Assembly (NCBI GenBank): GCA_004431415.1
Contig: QPMI01000483.1
Location: forward strand, 248,001 to 312,000
Direction of reading: 5' to 3'
Origin: Cyanophora paradoxa CCMP329
Lineage: Eukaryota; Plantae; Glaucophyta
Length of the DNA stretch: 64,000 nucleotides
This document shows positions 47,944-60,319 of this stretch, in pieces (positions within the stretch are counted from its first letter, which is position 1; each line of letters opens with the position of its first letter). Below the pieces are notes generated by a model, which was not told the origin of the DNA, ran no database searches, and saw only the letters and a program-made list of their open reading frames with translations. The position numbers were made by a program, and so were the translations under genes.

Positions 47944-50241
47944 GGGGAAGGGAATTTAATCATGTGAACGGGACTGTTGCACTGCAGTGGCTTGGCATTC
48001 ACAGCGCGCACAAGACTCGCACAAAATGGGCGGGGGGGCTGCAGTTTGGCAGCCCCGTGCGGGACTGCACTGTCACTGCACGGCCTTGGTCTTCTTTCCG
48101 CCCTTGGTGTCCTTGGACTTGGCGGCCTTGGGGGCCGCCGGCTTCTTGGTCTTCTTGCCCTTGGAGACGCCGGCGCCCAGGAGGCGCGCGGCCTTGGTGC
48201 CGAGGAGGCGGGGCGCAGCGAGGGCCATGAGGCCCTTCATGCCGGTGGCCTTCTTTGGGGCGGAGGCCGACTTCACGACCGGCGCCTCGGCGGCGTCGAG
48301 CTCGGGCGCTGCCCCCTCCTCGTCCGAGGAGACCTCGATGGGGTCGTCCCTAGGCCTGAGGGCAGAGCGGGTAAGGAGGGGAGGAGGGGTAAGGAGGAGG
48401 GGTGGAGGTCGGTGGCACCTGTGCTCTCAGCACCGCTTCCGTACCGATGCACAGGCTTTCTGGCTCTCTTGCCAGGAACAACATGCAGTGCTGCCCCGTG
48501 CCTCTCAGAGTGCTCCATCTCGATAGCAAGAGTGCGCCGAAGACGCCTTTCTCGCCTGTCCTTCGCCGTAGGCTTGGCTTTGGACTTTTCAGGGGCACTA
48601 TCAGAGGCATCAGGTGCATGTGCGTGCATTGGCTCGTGTTCAGGGAGATCGGGATCAGGGGATTCGGGATCAAGGGATTCAGGGTTTTCAGGGACAAGGG
48701 AATCACGATGGTCATGATTCACAGAACTCTGAGATGCACAAAAGCCGTTCTGGCTATGCGCTTCATCAGAGACTGTGTTCTCGCCTGCAAAATTGGAGTG
48801 AGCAGCATGCTTTGGCAAAGATTACTAATCGGTGCTCACCTCTGCCATCATCATTCGCCTGCCCAGACTCTTCTTGTGCAAAGGAAAGTATAGGAATGAG
48901 ATGTGTGGCAGCGCAGGCTAGAGAGCTGTGCACTGGCCTGGCTTACCTGCACTGGCTGTGCCTCGCTTCTTGCAAGTCTTGAAATGCGCGTGTACGCGCG
49001 ATGGTTTGTAGCCGACGTAGTGCTCGCCGCAGTAGTCGCAGCCCCAGACGTTCGCACCGACCGCCGCTTGCAGCTGCTTGTCCGTGCAGCGATTGCAGCC
49101 GCGCCGCGATCGCGAGGCGAGGTTGTGACTGCCAGCAGGCGGAATCGATCCCGCAGCAGCCGGCTGCCCGTGCTCTGCGATTGAGCGCTGTGAGCTCGCA
49201 TCGCAAGTCGAGCACTTGGTGCGCCTCGCGGACCGACGTGTACAGGCGCCGAGGCGGCGGTCGCGGCTTCCGCGCGCGCAGCGATGCTCTGCAGCTCCGG
49301 CTCATCTGCGACAGCGTATACACGTAGCGAAAAGGTAAGTTTCGAACGCTTCGAAAGCATAATGACCGCGTACCACGTAAGCGGTTCTTTTCACAGGATG
49401 CAGTTGCAATTGCGTGGTGTGCCACCACCTTCGCCGGGCCGAAGCGCACGAAGTGGGCAGCGCAGAGGTCACAGCCCCACACGTCTTTGCTGCCGGTGGC
49501 TTTGCTCTTCTGCTGACAGTCCCCGCACTCAGGCCGCTCGCTGAACGCGTGGGCGCCAGCTGCCCGGGTTTTCACGGCTGCGCTGCTTGCCGCCGGATGT
49601 CTACATCGCAGCACATGACTGTAAAGCGCGTCCCTCGTGCAGAAGTGCTGGCCGCAGTGCAGGCACTTGCCGCCGTACTTCTGCCTAGATCCGCCGCAGC
49701 CTGACTGACTGCAGGGCTTGCTGGCCGGCTCGATATCGACTCCGATGGCGATGCCCGGCGGTGGCTTCGCGCCGCCGCTGCCGCTCGGGCGGCCGGAGCG
49801 TGGGAGGCTCATTGCAGCGAGCGCGGGTCCGCCGCGGGAGATCGTGCGGGTACCGCAAAAAGACTTTCCGCAGGGTAAGTTCGCACTCTCCAATGCGATT
49901 GGCTAGCACGCGCGGCGTCCTCCTACGCGACCGCGCTCGCGCCCGGCCTCGCTCTTGCAGTACGGAATGTCGGGCATAATGCAAGCATTGACCTCGAACT
50001 GGTCCGGCCCGTATATCTGCTCCATGTGCCTCGCTGGACCCCTTTTTGTCCCGGGTGTTGGTGCCTGTTCCTGGATCACCCTTTGGTCGGACGGGACCGG
50101 GAGACACGGTTTCGGGGTCCCCTGGGGATGGGCTTTCAGCGTGTACCGCGCGGCCCGGGTTTTGCGGAGGTCGGGAAAATGGGATTTGGGGTAGGGTTGG
50201 GCCCGAGGGACAGGGACAGGGGAAGTGATTTTCCCTTCCCC
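47944..50241. mobile_element. Candidate element with imperfect terminal inverted repeats carrying an orphan gene
   Basis: GGGGAAGGGAA(TTT)AATCA at 47944-47962 and its reverse complement TGATTTTCCCTTCCCC at 50226-50241. Palindrome-rich spacers flank both sides. No TSD is evident. Confidence 0.35.
48073..49812 (-). CDS. Orphan protein: N-terminal Cys/His zinc-finger-like motifs, acidic PE/PD repeats, Lys-rich basic C-terminal tail; exon structure uncertain
   Basis: MSLPRSG...CSQSGC...CLHCGQHFCTRDALYSHVLRC...CGDC...CDLCAAH; PENPESLDPESPDPDLPE encoded by 15-nt repeats; terminal exon DDPIEVSSDEE...KGKKTKKPAAPKAAKSKDTKGGKKTKAVQ* with coding-like codon bias. The middle portion could not be spliced confidently and may be degenerate. 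Confidence 0.5.
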
Positions 50242-50244
50242 AAT

Positions 50245-50445
50245 AATTCATGATTCATGGTTAAACCCGCGACCCAGGCCAGTACCACCGGTACCGTGAC
50301 ACGCGAGCTTTCAAGGCATCTTGGAGCTACCGTAGTACAGATCTAGAGACTTCCGAAGTGCTGAGACTTGATCATGAGCTCCTCTCTCTCTCTCATGCCG
50401 GCCATATGCATATGCATAAGCATCGTGCAATGCAGGCCCTAGGGC
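50245..50445. repeat. Palindrome-saturated intergenic spacer
   Basis: CGGTACCG, AGATCT/TCTAGA, TGATCA/TCATGA/GAGCTC, GCCGGC, TATGCATATGCATA and CCCTAGGG all occur within 200 bp. Confidence 0.8.
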
Positions 50446-50540
50446 GGTTTCTTTCGTCTTTCGTTTCTCGTCCAATTTCCCATTGTGACTCAATTGCGAT
50501 CAGAAGTGGAACGAAGTCGCTTGAGAGGGGCGGAGCGGCC

Positions 50541-53500
50541 TCACTCCGCGTCGCCGCGGGCGCCGGGGCCGTAGAAGGCGTCCGCCGCGATGCCCGCCCG
50601 CGCCGCCTGCCGTCGGGCCGCCCCTAAGCGCCCCGCCAGGCCCGGGGCGCGGCCCGGGGCGGGGCGGGGCGGCCGGGGCGCGCCTTGGGGCCGGAGGAGA
50701 GGGCAAAGTCAGCGGGGTCGAGGGCGCGCCCCGCCGCCGCGCTCGCCTCGAGCCACGCCGCCCGCACCACCGCCGCGCTCAGCCGCATCACCTGCACCCG
50801 CGCCCCGCCCCTCAGCAGGGCGAGCGGGCGGGAGGGAGGAGAGGGGGCGCCTCGGGGCGACGCGGGGGCGTCGGTGGCGACGTGCGTGGTGTGGGCGTCC
50901 GGGGCGGAGACGAGGGTGCCCCCGCGCTCCTCCACGAGCGCCTCCAGCGCCGCCGCGCGGGCCCCCGCCTGCACGCCCACCAGCGCGACCTGCATCCCCG
51001 GAAGATCTGCGCCGCCCGCGCCGGCCTCGAGGCCTGCGCCGGGGCCCGCGCCGGGGCCGGCGCCGCGGGGGCCGCCGGGGGCGGGCGCTCGTCCCCCTCC
51101 TCGGTCCTCTGGCTGTCGTCGGAGGCCCAGCCGGGGTCCGAGTCGCCGTCGCTCGGGCGCCTCGGGGCCGCAGGGGCCGGCGGCGGGCGCCTCTCCTCCT
51201 CCTCCGTCTTCTGGCTGTCGTCGGACGCCCACCCGGGGTCCTCGTCCCTGCGCGCACCGCCCTCGGCCGGCCGGCTGGAATCGTCTTTGGAGGGAGGCGG
51301 GGCGGCACCCGTCGCTGGGGCGCGGGGAGGCGGCCGGCGAGCCGCGGGCCGCCCTCGCGGGTGCCGGTGCCGGCCTCGAGCTCGAGGCGGGCCCCGCCGA
51401 GGCGGAGCCCGAGGCGCCGGCCCGCCTCCGCCTCCGCTGCGGCCGGCGCCGCCGCCGCCGCGCTTGAAGTAGTAGACGTACCTGCTCGCCGCCTCGGGGC
51501 CAGCGCGGCGGCGGGGCGAGACGGGGAGGGGCACAGGCCGCACGTCGGACCCGCCGGAGGCACCTCCGGATGGTGCGCTCGATGGCGTACCAGTCCGTCC
51601 CCTTCACGCCGTACCCCAGCCTGCCAGCAGGGGCGGGGCGGCGGCCGGGGATCGGCGGCGGCGCGGGAGAGGGGGCGGGGCGGCGGGGGCACCGGGGCAT
51701 GTGGACGGAGCAGCCGGCGCGCTCCGCAAAGGCGGCGACGCGGCGCAGGCCCTCCGCCAGCGCCTCCGCCTGCCCCCGCCTCAGCGGCGCGCAGGGGCGG
51801 CCGGGCGAGGCGGGGCGAGGGGCACGTTGATGGCGGAGACGGCGCCGCCCTTGCCGCGCTTCTGCGCGACGACCAGGCAGATCTGCCGCTGCCGGCCTGC
51901 GCCGGCGCCGGGTCGGGTCGGGGCGAGGGGCGGGGCCGGCTGCGGCGGCGGGGCGAGTACCCCCGAGGTGTCGACGGGGGGGAGAAGGTGGGCGTCCCCC
52001 AGGGCGAGGTCCCCGTGCTCCGCCGCCCGCGCGTACGCCTGGCCCCGCCGGCCAGGTCAGAGAGGCCGCCGAGGCGGCCCCCCCGCCCGCCGCGCACGTC
52101 CTCGACCGGGGGGTACAGGCGGCTGAGGGCCCCGAAGAAGCCGCCCCGCGTCCTGCGCGTGCCCCGAGCCGAGCTGAGGGGCGCCGATGCTGCGCGGGCG
52201 GGGCGGGGCGGGGCGGGGCGGGCGGGCCAGCGGCCGGAGGTGTCGACGCAGTGGAGGACGACGGCGCCGGCGGCCGCGGGGCCCTGCGGCTCGCTCGCGT
52301 CCCCCGTCGCGAAGTGCAGCGCCCCTCCCCGCCCTGCGCCCCGCCCGCCCCGTCGTCAGGGCAAGGGCCGTGCGGAGAAGCGCGGGGCCGCGCGCCTCCG
52401 CCTCCTCGTCGTCCTCCGCGTCCTCCTCGACGACGCTGCCCCTGTCCCGGGGTCAGCGCCGGCGGGGTGGGGGCCTGGGCGGGGCGGGGCGCGCGTCGGG
52501 GAGGGGAGGTTGAGGCTGGTGTAGCCGGCCTCGGCCCACTCGGCCTCGCGCCGCTCGCGCCGCCGCCGCTCATCGGCCTCGCGCTTCGCCCGCTTCGCCT
52601 CCCGCGCCGCCGCCGCCGCCTCGGGGTCCGCCTCCCGCCGCCTCCGCGCCCCGGCCCCGCCCTCCCGCCGCCGCCGCGCCCGCGCCCTCGGCGGCGCCCC
52701 GGCGAGGAGCGCTGCGAGCGCCGCCCCGTCCTCCGCCCCGTAGTCCTTCCCCTCGTACACGTACAGGCTGCCGCCCACCGCCGGCGCCGGTCAGACTGAG
52801 GGGCGCATCGCGGGGCGGCGGGCGGGGCGGGCGGAGGCGCGCCTCTCGGGCCCGTCGGCGTCGGCGGCCTCGTCCTCCTCGTCCGCGGCGGGGGCGGGGG
52901 CGGCGGGGGCCGGGGAGGCGGCCGGGCCGCGCCGGAGGGCCGCCTCGACGGCCTCGTCGGAGAGGAGGGCGGGGGCGGCGCCGTCCACGCTGTCAGGGTC
53001 GGCGAGCATGCGGCGGAGGCCGAACTTGATGGCCTCCATGAGGCGGGCGGGGGCGACCTCGTCGGCCCCCGCCCCGCCGCCCCCGCCCCCGCCCTCCTCG
53101 TCGGGCTCGCCGGGGGCGGGGGCGCGGCGGGCGACGACGTCGCGGGTTAGGCGGAGCTTGCGGAGGGCGCGCTGCAGCATCACCTCCTCCACCGTGTCAG
53201 CCGCCACCAGCCGCCTGTCCGCCCCGCCCGTCGGCCCCGCTCGGCCCGGGCGGGGCGGGGCGGGGCGGGCGGGGCGGACAGGACGGCGACGTCGCGGGTC
53301 TGGCCGAGGCGGTGCACCCGCGCCATTGCCTGCGCGTCCGCCTGCGCGCGCGTCGCCGCCCCGTCGGCCCCCGCGTTCCCCGGCGGGGAGGGCGCGGCGC
53401 GCCTGCGGGTTCCAGTCGCAGTCGCAGAAGATGACCGTGTCGGCCTCGACTGGCGCGGCTGCCGGTCAGGGGCGCGGCGAGGGGGCGCGGGGCGGGCGGC

Positions 53501-55873
53501 GGAGGGTACCGAGGTTGAGGCCGAGGCCGCCGGCGCGGGTGGAGAGGAGGAAGCAGAAGGTCTCCTCGTCCTGCGGCCCGCCGTGAGCGCGGAGAGGGGA
53601 AGGGAGGAGGAGGGGCGGGCGCCGGGCGGCGGGGCGGACCTGGCGGAACTTCTGGACGGCGGCGTAGCGCTCCTCGCCACGCACCGACCCGTCCAGCCGG
53701 AGGTACGAGTCTGCCGGGATGTTCGCTTTCGGCGGGAGGCAGGCGGCGGCAGCGCACGGCCGCGGTACGAGAGGTAGTCCTGCAGGACTGCGGCCGGGGA
53801 GGGGCGGCGGTCACGCGAGGCTCCGGCTGCGCTCTACGCGCGCACAACGCCGGCGCACCGTCGAGCATGCGGGTGAGCTGCGAGAAGAGGAGGACGCGGT
53901 GTCTCCCGGCCTTCGCGCGCGGGCGGGCGGGCGGCGTCAGCTGCAAGTTGGGGCGGGGGAGGAAGGGGCGGGGGCGGGGCGCCTTGAGGGCGGGGAGGAG
54001 GCGGTCGAGGGCGAGGAGCTTGCCCGAGGCCTCCACCAGGTGCTCCCCCTCCTCGAACTGGCCCATCCCGTCCTTCGCCCAGCGCCCCGGCGGGGGCGAG
54101 GGCGGGCGGCGGGGGCGGGGGCACCGGCTCGGGCTCGACGCCGTCGAAGAGGTAGGGGTGGGCGCAGCACTTGCGCAGCGACATGACCACGTTCCGCAGC
54201 GCCCCCGCCCCCGCCCCGCGCGCGTCAGCCCCGCCGGCCGCCCCCGCCAGCCCCGCCGCGTTCCGCCGCAGGATAGAGCGGTACCACTGCCGCTGCGGGG
54301 CGCCGGAGGCGGCTCAAGAGGAGCCGCAGGGGCCGAGCAGGGCGGGGCGGGGCGGGCGGGCGCCTGGAGGGGCGTCATGGGGACGGCGAGCACCGACTCC
54401 GTGACCGTCGGCAGGTGCAGCGCCACCTGCCCGCCCGCCCGTCGCGCCGCCTCAGCGGCCGCCGAGGCGGCGCGGGCAGCGCCGCGGCACGCACGTCGGC
54501 CTTAGTCCGCCTGCCGCCGGCACGGTTCAGCGGAGGGAAAGGGAGGGCGGGGGGCGGCGGGGGCACCGGAGGAAGTAGGGGCGCATGAGCTCGTGGAGCT
54601 CGGCGATGCGCTGGGGGTCGGCGGAGGCGCGGGCGGCGGCGCGGGCGGCCGTCGCGGCGCCCTCGCGGCCAAAGCGGAGGCAGAAGGCCTCCTCGCCGTC
54701 GGCGGGGAAGGCGGCGGGGTCGACGAAGTGGAGGAGGGCGAAGAGCTCGCGCAGGTTGTTCTGCACCGGCGTCCCCGTCAGCAGCGCCGCGAACGGCAGC
54801 CTGTACGCCCCCCGCAGCGTCCGGTAGAGCACCCCTGCGCCGCCCCGCCCCGCGCCCCGTCACCCGCCGCGCCGGGACGGGCCGCCGGCCCCGGGGCACC
54901 GCTGCGGTTCTTCAGGCGGTGGGCCTCTGCGGGAAGGTGAGCGGGGGCACGGGGCGCGGGGGGCGGGGCGGGGGCGGGGCGGGCCGTCGACGATGGCGGC
55001 GCGGAACTGGAAGCGGGCGAGGAACTCGGCGTCGGACGCCTGCCGCCCCCGCGTCGCCCCGCGGCCCCGCGCCGCGGCTCGCGATCGGGCGCACCGCCAG
55101 CTCGTACGTCGTCAGCAGCACGTCGAAGGGCAGCTCGGGCTGCGCGGCCCCGCCTCAGATCCCGGGCGAGGCGCGCGCGGCCGCGAGGCCCGGCTCTCGC
55201 GCACGTCGCTCTGCTTGGATTTCGGCTGTTTCACGATGCCCTCGACGACGTCCTGCCGCAGCTCCTCCCGCGCGGCGGCGTTCCCGGCGTACACGAGCGC
55301 GCTCAGGTCCTCGAAGCGAGCGATCTCCTGCTTCCAGTTATCCATCAAGCTGAGCGGGCAGAGGACGACTGCAAAGATGCGTCAAACTTAGCGCGTGAAG
55401 CTGGTACGCGCACTCGAAAGCGCACGGTATGGCCCGCGGACGCCCCGCCCGCTCTTGAGCTGCGACAGGAACGATAGCGCTTGTATCGTTTTGCTGCGCG
55501 AGCGAGTCAGGCGTACGCGTGCGGCGTGAGCACGGTCAGAGCGCTGGCACCCGAGCCCCATCTCGTCCTGCGCGGCGTCAGAGAGCTGCAGGCACAGACA
55601 CTCGCATCAAGAGTACGATTACACGCACTCCAAGAATGCATGAACGCGAGGCGGTGTACACATCCAGCAGCCAGCGTACGCCGTCCTCCTGATGTGAAGC
55701 GTTAGCTGCGGTCCCCGCACACGCCCCGCGCACGCGCCTGGTATTCATAAAGACGAGGCGGCATCGGTATCAGCCGTGGTGCAGCGCCTTGCCGCCGGTC
55801 AGCGCCGACTCAGCGAACCAAGACGGGTACCAGGACGTAACACTGACTGGCTCGCGAAGCCGACACGAGGCAT
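50541..55873 (-). CDS. CHD1L: CHD1L/ALC1-type SNF2 chromatin remodeller with macrodomain and C-terminal BRCT-like domain; start codon uncertain
   Basis: SNF2 motifs [82 protein letters not shown] and [22 protein letters not shown]1 linker [10 protein letters not shown]. Macrodomain [10 protein letters not shown]...[24 protein letters not shown]...YVYYF. BRCT-like IFRG...GG...THV...WLEAS. Stop TGA at 50541-50543. Confidence 0.9.
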
Positions 55874-56071
55874 CGAAACTGTAATCTTAGCTAAGCAGAG
55901 CAGCGCGCTTGCACCGAGACCGTCCGCGCCGGAGTCGAGTTTCCGTCTGAGTTCAAACAGCGCGAGGCAGCCGAGGCAGCGCGACCGCCTCCGTTTCGAC
56001 CGACGGACAGCACAGCTAAAGCTTCTTCGCGGCTGGCCGCTTAGATCGCAGCCGGGGCGGCTTCAGGCGAG

Positions 56072-56549
56072 ATGACAAATGGTAAGCGATGCTCGTTCCG
56101 GCCCACGCAAGCTCCCCGCCTCGTTAGCTTTCCAAGGGAAAGATTGCCGCGCACTGTGACTGCGCGCGCGGCGCCCTGGACCATTGCAGCTCATCCGACC
56201 CTCTTGCGCAGTTTACAGCTTTCATGGGGCTATTGCGGCGACCTTGCTCCTCATTTGCGCGTGCGCCTACATCAGGCGAGTACCGCGGCTACGAAACTTC
56301 TTGCTTAGCGAGCGCCGTGGCTTCTGGGGCGCGTTTTACAAAGGTGAATTTCGAACAGTGCCTGCTTGGCTTGAAGCCTTTCCGCTTCTCCTGCCGCTTT
56401 TGATACCGACGAGCAGGTGCTGTCATAGGAGTAAGGCTGCATTGGCTCGTTTCTCTACTTTGTGCGTGTGGCTGCTGTTATTTTGATGGTTCGAGGCTGA
56501 CCTTGAGACAGGTGTATTCACAGGCTTCTACACCCTCTTCATCAAGTAG
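56072..56549 (+). CDS. TMEM167B: Protein kish-B (TMEM167B), 4 exons
   Basis: Spliced product [74 protein letters not shown] matches the kish-B pattern end to end. Confidence 0.92.
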
Positions 56550-56719
56550 ATAGGAGCCAAATCGAGCAATCATAAGTGTCAGTTTTTCAGAGTTTAAAGT
56601 ACTGCTTTGGAGCATTCTGGCCTGGAGCACCGGTACCTGCAGGAAGCCAGAGCTTCAGAATCTTTCTCCTGATATTCCTCACTGGATCCTCTGATAGCTC
56701 TTAAAAGCTTGCTGCAAGC

Positions 56720-56945
56720 TGATGATCATGTGCACGCGCATGCTTCATAATCTAGACCATCGATACCACCACCTTGTATAGTATAGCTAGGCCTAGGCCT
56801 CCCTAAAACTTGCCGAATACGTAAATCGATCTTTTGCACGTACTAATAGATCAATATAGCTTATTGCGCTAGCTTAAAGCTTTATTTTCCAAGCTATATT
56901 TTGAAGGCGTCGATCATGTATACATAAGAGCGCGCGCTCGAGCGA
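56720..56945. repeat. Palindrome-saturated intergenic spacer
   Basis: AGGCCTAGGCCT, TAAAGCTTTA, ATGTATACAT, GAGCGCGCGCTC, CGCTCGAGCG, TCTAGA, ATCGAT (twice), TACGTA, GTGCAC and GCATGC. Confidence 0.85.
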
Positions 56946-57093
56946 TGTCGCATCGGCGACAATTTCAACTGAACTTGAAGAGGACTACGTCGGCTTCACC
57001 CCCCCCCTGTTTTCTCCCGCAGGGGGAAGAAACCAGGGGTGCAGTGTATACGGGGACGACGGGCGTGGCGCGGGCGGCCTTCGAAGAGCAGCA

Positions 57094-57888
57094 ATGGACG
57101 TCCCCATGGTAATCTCCTGAACACGCTGCTCGAATGGCGCGCGGCTGAGCAGACACAGGTAAAATGCGTCCTCATCCTGGACGCCGAAGGCCGGAGGATA
57201 TGTACGAAGTACTATACAGACGACTTGCCGACGACAGCGCAGCAGCTCGCATTCGAAAAGGTCCGGCCCACAGCTACGATGAACTAGCCAGTGGGGCTTA
57301 TCGGGCGGCGGCGCAGAGTCTGTTCAGCAAGACCCATCGGATCAATGCCCGCTCGGAAGGTCTAGCTCCGCCTCCCACGCCCCGGCGCGCCGCGCCCGCT
57401 GACCTGCTTTCCGCACAGCGGAGATCATCATGTTCGAAAAGGACATCTTCGTGTACAGATTCTCGACCGATGTGCACTTCTACGTTGGCGGCAGCCAGCA
57501 GGAGAACGAGCTCATCCTGGTCAGCGTGCTCACTGCGCTCTACGACACAGTGTCTACCATCCTCAGGTGCAGCGCTCGCTGAGAAGCGCCCAGCATCGGA
57601 GCTAAAGATCGCTCAGGAATCAAGTCGATAAGCGCACGATGCTCGACAACATGGAGGCCGTATTCCTCACACTCGATGAGATCATCGATGGAGGGTCAGT
57701 GCTTGCCTGCTCTTTACCGCGGCCCTTCTAAACCGCTCGGCAGGATTGTGCTAGAGACCGATCCCTCGGTGATTGCAAGCCGGGTGCAGATGAAGGGCGC
57801 GGAGACCGACGTGCCACTCAGTGAACAATCCCTGGCACAAGTACTAGCGACAGCCAAGGAGCATATGGCCAGGAACCTGTTGAAGTGA
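57094..57888 (+). CDS. COPZ1: Coatomer subunit zeta
   Basis: MDVPMVKCVLILDAEGRRICTKYY...QLAFEKSLFSKT...ENELILVSVL...LDEIIDGGIVLETDP...DVPLSEQSLAQVLATAKEHMARNLLK*, with five GT-AG introns. Confidence 0.95.
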
Positions 57889-58049
57889 GCTAGATTGGAC
57901 CTTTCTATTAATGCAGATGTATGTAGTTATTGGCACCAGCACTCGGCCACACTGCCCAGGGCACAGCACACAGTCTAGCCGCTGTGCTTGCACCAAAAGA
58001 TGAATGCCCCCTGTTCTACAAACAAACTACGAATACACTATACCAATAT

Positions 58050-60017
58050 CTACGACGACATCTGAGCTGAGCCCGACTGGGCTTTGTCTGCCTGAGCCTT
58101 GTCCGCCTGGGCTTTGTAGTAGTTGGCTGACTGCTCGAAGTACAGATTAGGATGATTGATCTGCACCGTGTCCTGTCATCAGAAGAAATTCGAAGCGAGG
58201 AAACACTGATTAAAGTACCGCCTGAATGTCGGCTCCAGATCCTGGATGGAGGTGCTCGAAGCATTTTGTGCAAGCAATCTGAAAGACCCGAGTTGGTGCC
58301 AGCGGGCCGATCCGGAGCAAGGGAGATCACACCTGATAGTGCTGCCCCTTTGCAAGATCCACAACCTCCTGGATGCCCTGGACAGGAACTTTCCTGTTTG
58401 CAAGCAGTGCCCTGAGCCTGCCCTCATCGAAATGCTTGTATGGGCAGCCATGGTGGTCTGCTGCTCCGGGCTGGTCCATAATGATTTTGAGGCAGCTGGA
58501 GTAGTCCGATCAGGACTGCCAGCTGGAGGCGAGCAATGCCATGCACCTCTTCGGAGTGTAGTCCGTCCTCTTCCCCTCACGTCCGTAGTTATGCCTGATG
58601 TTGTATGCGTGCTCCTTGTCGAACTTGTCCACAGGCATGATCTTCGAAAACTCGGAGCGCCAGAATGCAAGGGAGTCCTCCAGACTCAGCCCACATCCCT
58701 GGAAGACAAGTCAGTCTACACAATGAAAATAAAGGATAGTCAGAAAGATATGACCTTCAAGAAAAGGCCAAGTTGCATGCGGCCACCATGCTTGAGGTGG
58801 TGGTTCTCCCGTAGCTTCTTGTGAAGATTGAGCATACAAAGAGGGAAAGAGCGCTCTGCATGCTAAGCAGCCCATCAGTGAACGCCGCGAGGACGAAACC
58901 TATTCAACCACAAACCATTTCCAGAGTCTGCAGGTTGAACTCTTTTTTGTGGGCTCCGCCACTGATGTAGCTGTTGGCAGAAGAATCTTGCAAAGCTGCA
59001 AACTGTTTCTCGAGCCGGGTGTCGATCCACTCATTACGACGAGCACCCAGAAGGGTCAATTCCTTGGACAGTTTGGCTCTGTAATGAAGCAGAACAAGGG
59101 AGACCAGATCCTTGTGAAGGACGTATGCAAAGCCGCTCCGAAGGAAAACTCTTCGCTGGCTGACGAGTTCGAGCGCTTCCTCGAAAGGAACCTGCAATAG
59201 CGATTGAGACCATGCAAAGAAAGTGAGAGATGATCGCACTTTGTAGAAGACTCGCTTCTCTGCGGAGGGGTTGTCGTACTCGAGATTCTCGCGGAGAGCC
59301 TCGTATTCGTCGCTCGAAATCTGCAGAATATGAGGTAGTTTGTTAGCTGCCTCGGTATGCGGTAATTCCAGGGCGAGGGGTAGCAGCTCACGGAGGGGAA
59401 CTTGAAGCCGTGCTCATCCAAGAAAGCCTGGAAGGAGTCGGGTCTTGCCTTTTCCTGATTGAGGCGGTGCCTGTCGCGTGGGTTGTCATGAGAATGTTCA
59501 AGAATAAAGGTCAAATGCTGCGTGCCTCAGCAGGTCGCTCTCATGCTTCAAGAACCACCGACGGTTGTCCTCGCTGCGCGTTTTCTGTTCAGACATATGC
59601 AGCGCACGAAGCGCTTGCCGGAAAGCGGACCTGCCGCAGTATGCAAGCCGGAGGATAAAGTGCGACAGGCGATCGGTGCGCTGCTGCCGTTCGCGTTCGT
59701 CGTCCTTTGCGCCCACTTTCAGCGGGATGTTCTTGTCGATAAGCGCCTGCAGCCGCTTGTCGTCATCCTCCTCCCGCCCACCTCGCAGCTGCCTCGCCTC
59801 GCACTCGCGCAGAACTGCGCGAGCATGTCAGCGAGCGCTCGTCTGTCGACCGCCGAGCGCGGAGTTCACCTGCAAGCCGGTCAAGCGCAAGGCGCTCGAA
59901 CTCCTCTAAAGACATGTCATCTTCAGTTGGCATATCGCTGTACATGGACAGCATCGACTGAGCCCGTCCCCTGCTGCCAACATCGCTCGTGCGCTGTCGT
60001 TTGCTGATGACCTCCAT
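58050..60017 (-). CDS. PRIM2: DNA primase large subunit (p58)
   Basis: [69 protein letters not shown]...[23 protein letters not shown]...HGCPY and HPNLYF (Fe-S domain motifs). Stop at 58050-58052. Confidence 0.95.
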
Positions 60018-60319
60018 CGACTGCAACTCCGGAGGCGTTCTGCCCGGGGCGCGACTGCTAGACGGCTGCGCTCAAGACTGCCCCGGGCGAGCTGCCTGCC
60101 ACCTCGATTTGAACGATGGCGGGAGCTCCAACGCCGTACCCCCTCGTTGGGCCGAAGTGGGCCGCGAGAAGCCGCTTGCGCCCAGTAGCCTCCGGGATCC
60201 AGACTAGATTTGCAGCGGCCTCAAGATCGCATGCCCGCACATTGAGCGCGGAGCGAGGTGGTGGTATTTGAACTTCAGCGCGCAGCCGCTCCACCGAAAC
60301 AGGCCGGGCGCTCGGGAGC
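60018..60319. promoter_or_regulatory. Probable bidirectional promoter between PRIM2 and GCP6
   Basis: Divergent ATGs are separated by 302 bp. Confidence 0.55.

Noticed and set aside
50039-50063. CCCTTTTTGTCCCGGGTGTTGGTG resembling CACTA subterminal repeats
   Set aside because: Single copy and no CACTA termini, so probably coincidental.
50590-52573. Long Arg/Pro/Gly-rich ORFs (644 and 649 aa) over the 3' part of CHD1L
   Set aside because: Read-through of very GC-rich exons and introns. The real product is the spliced ALC1 macrodomain/BRCT region.
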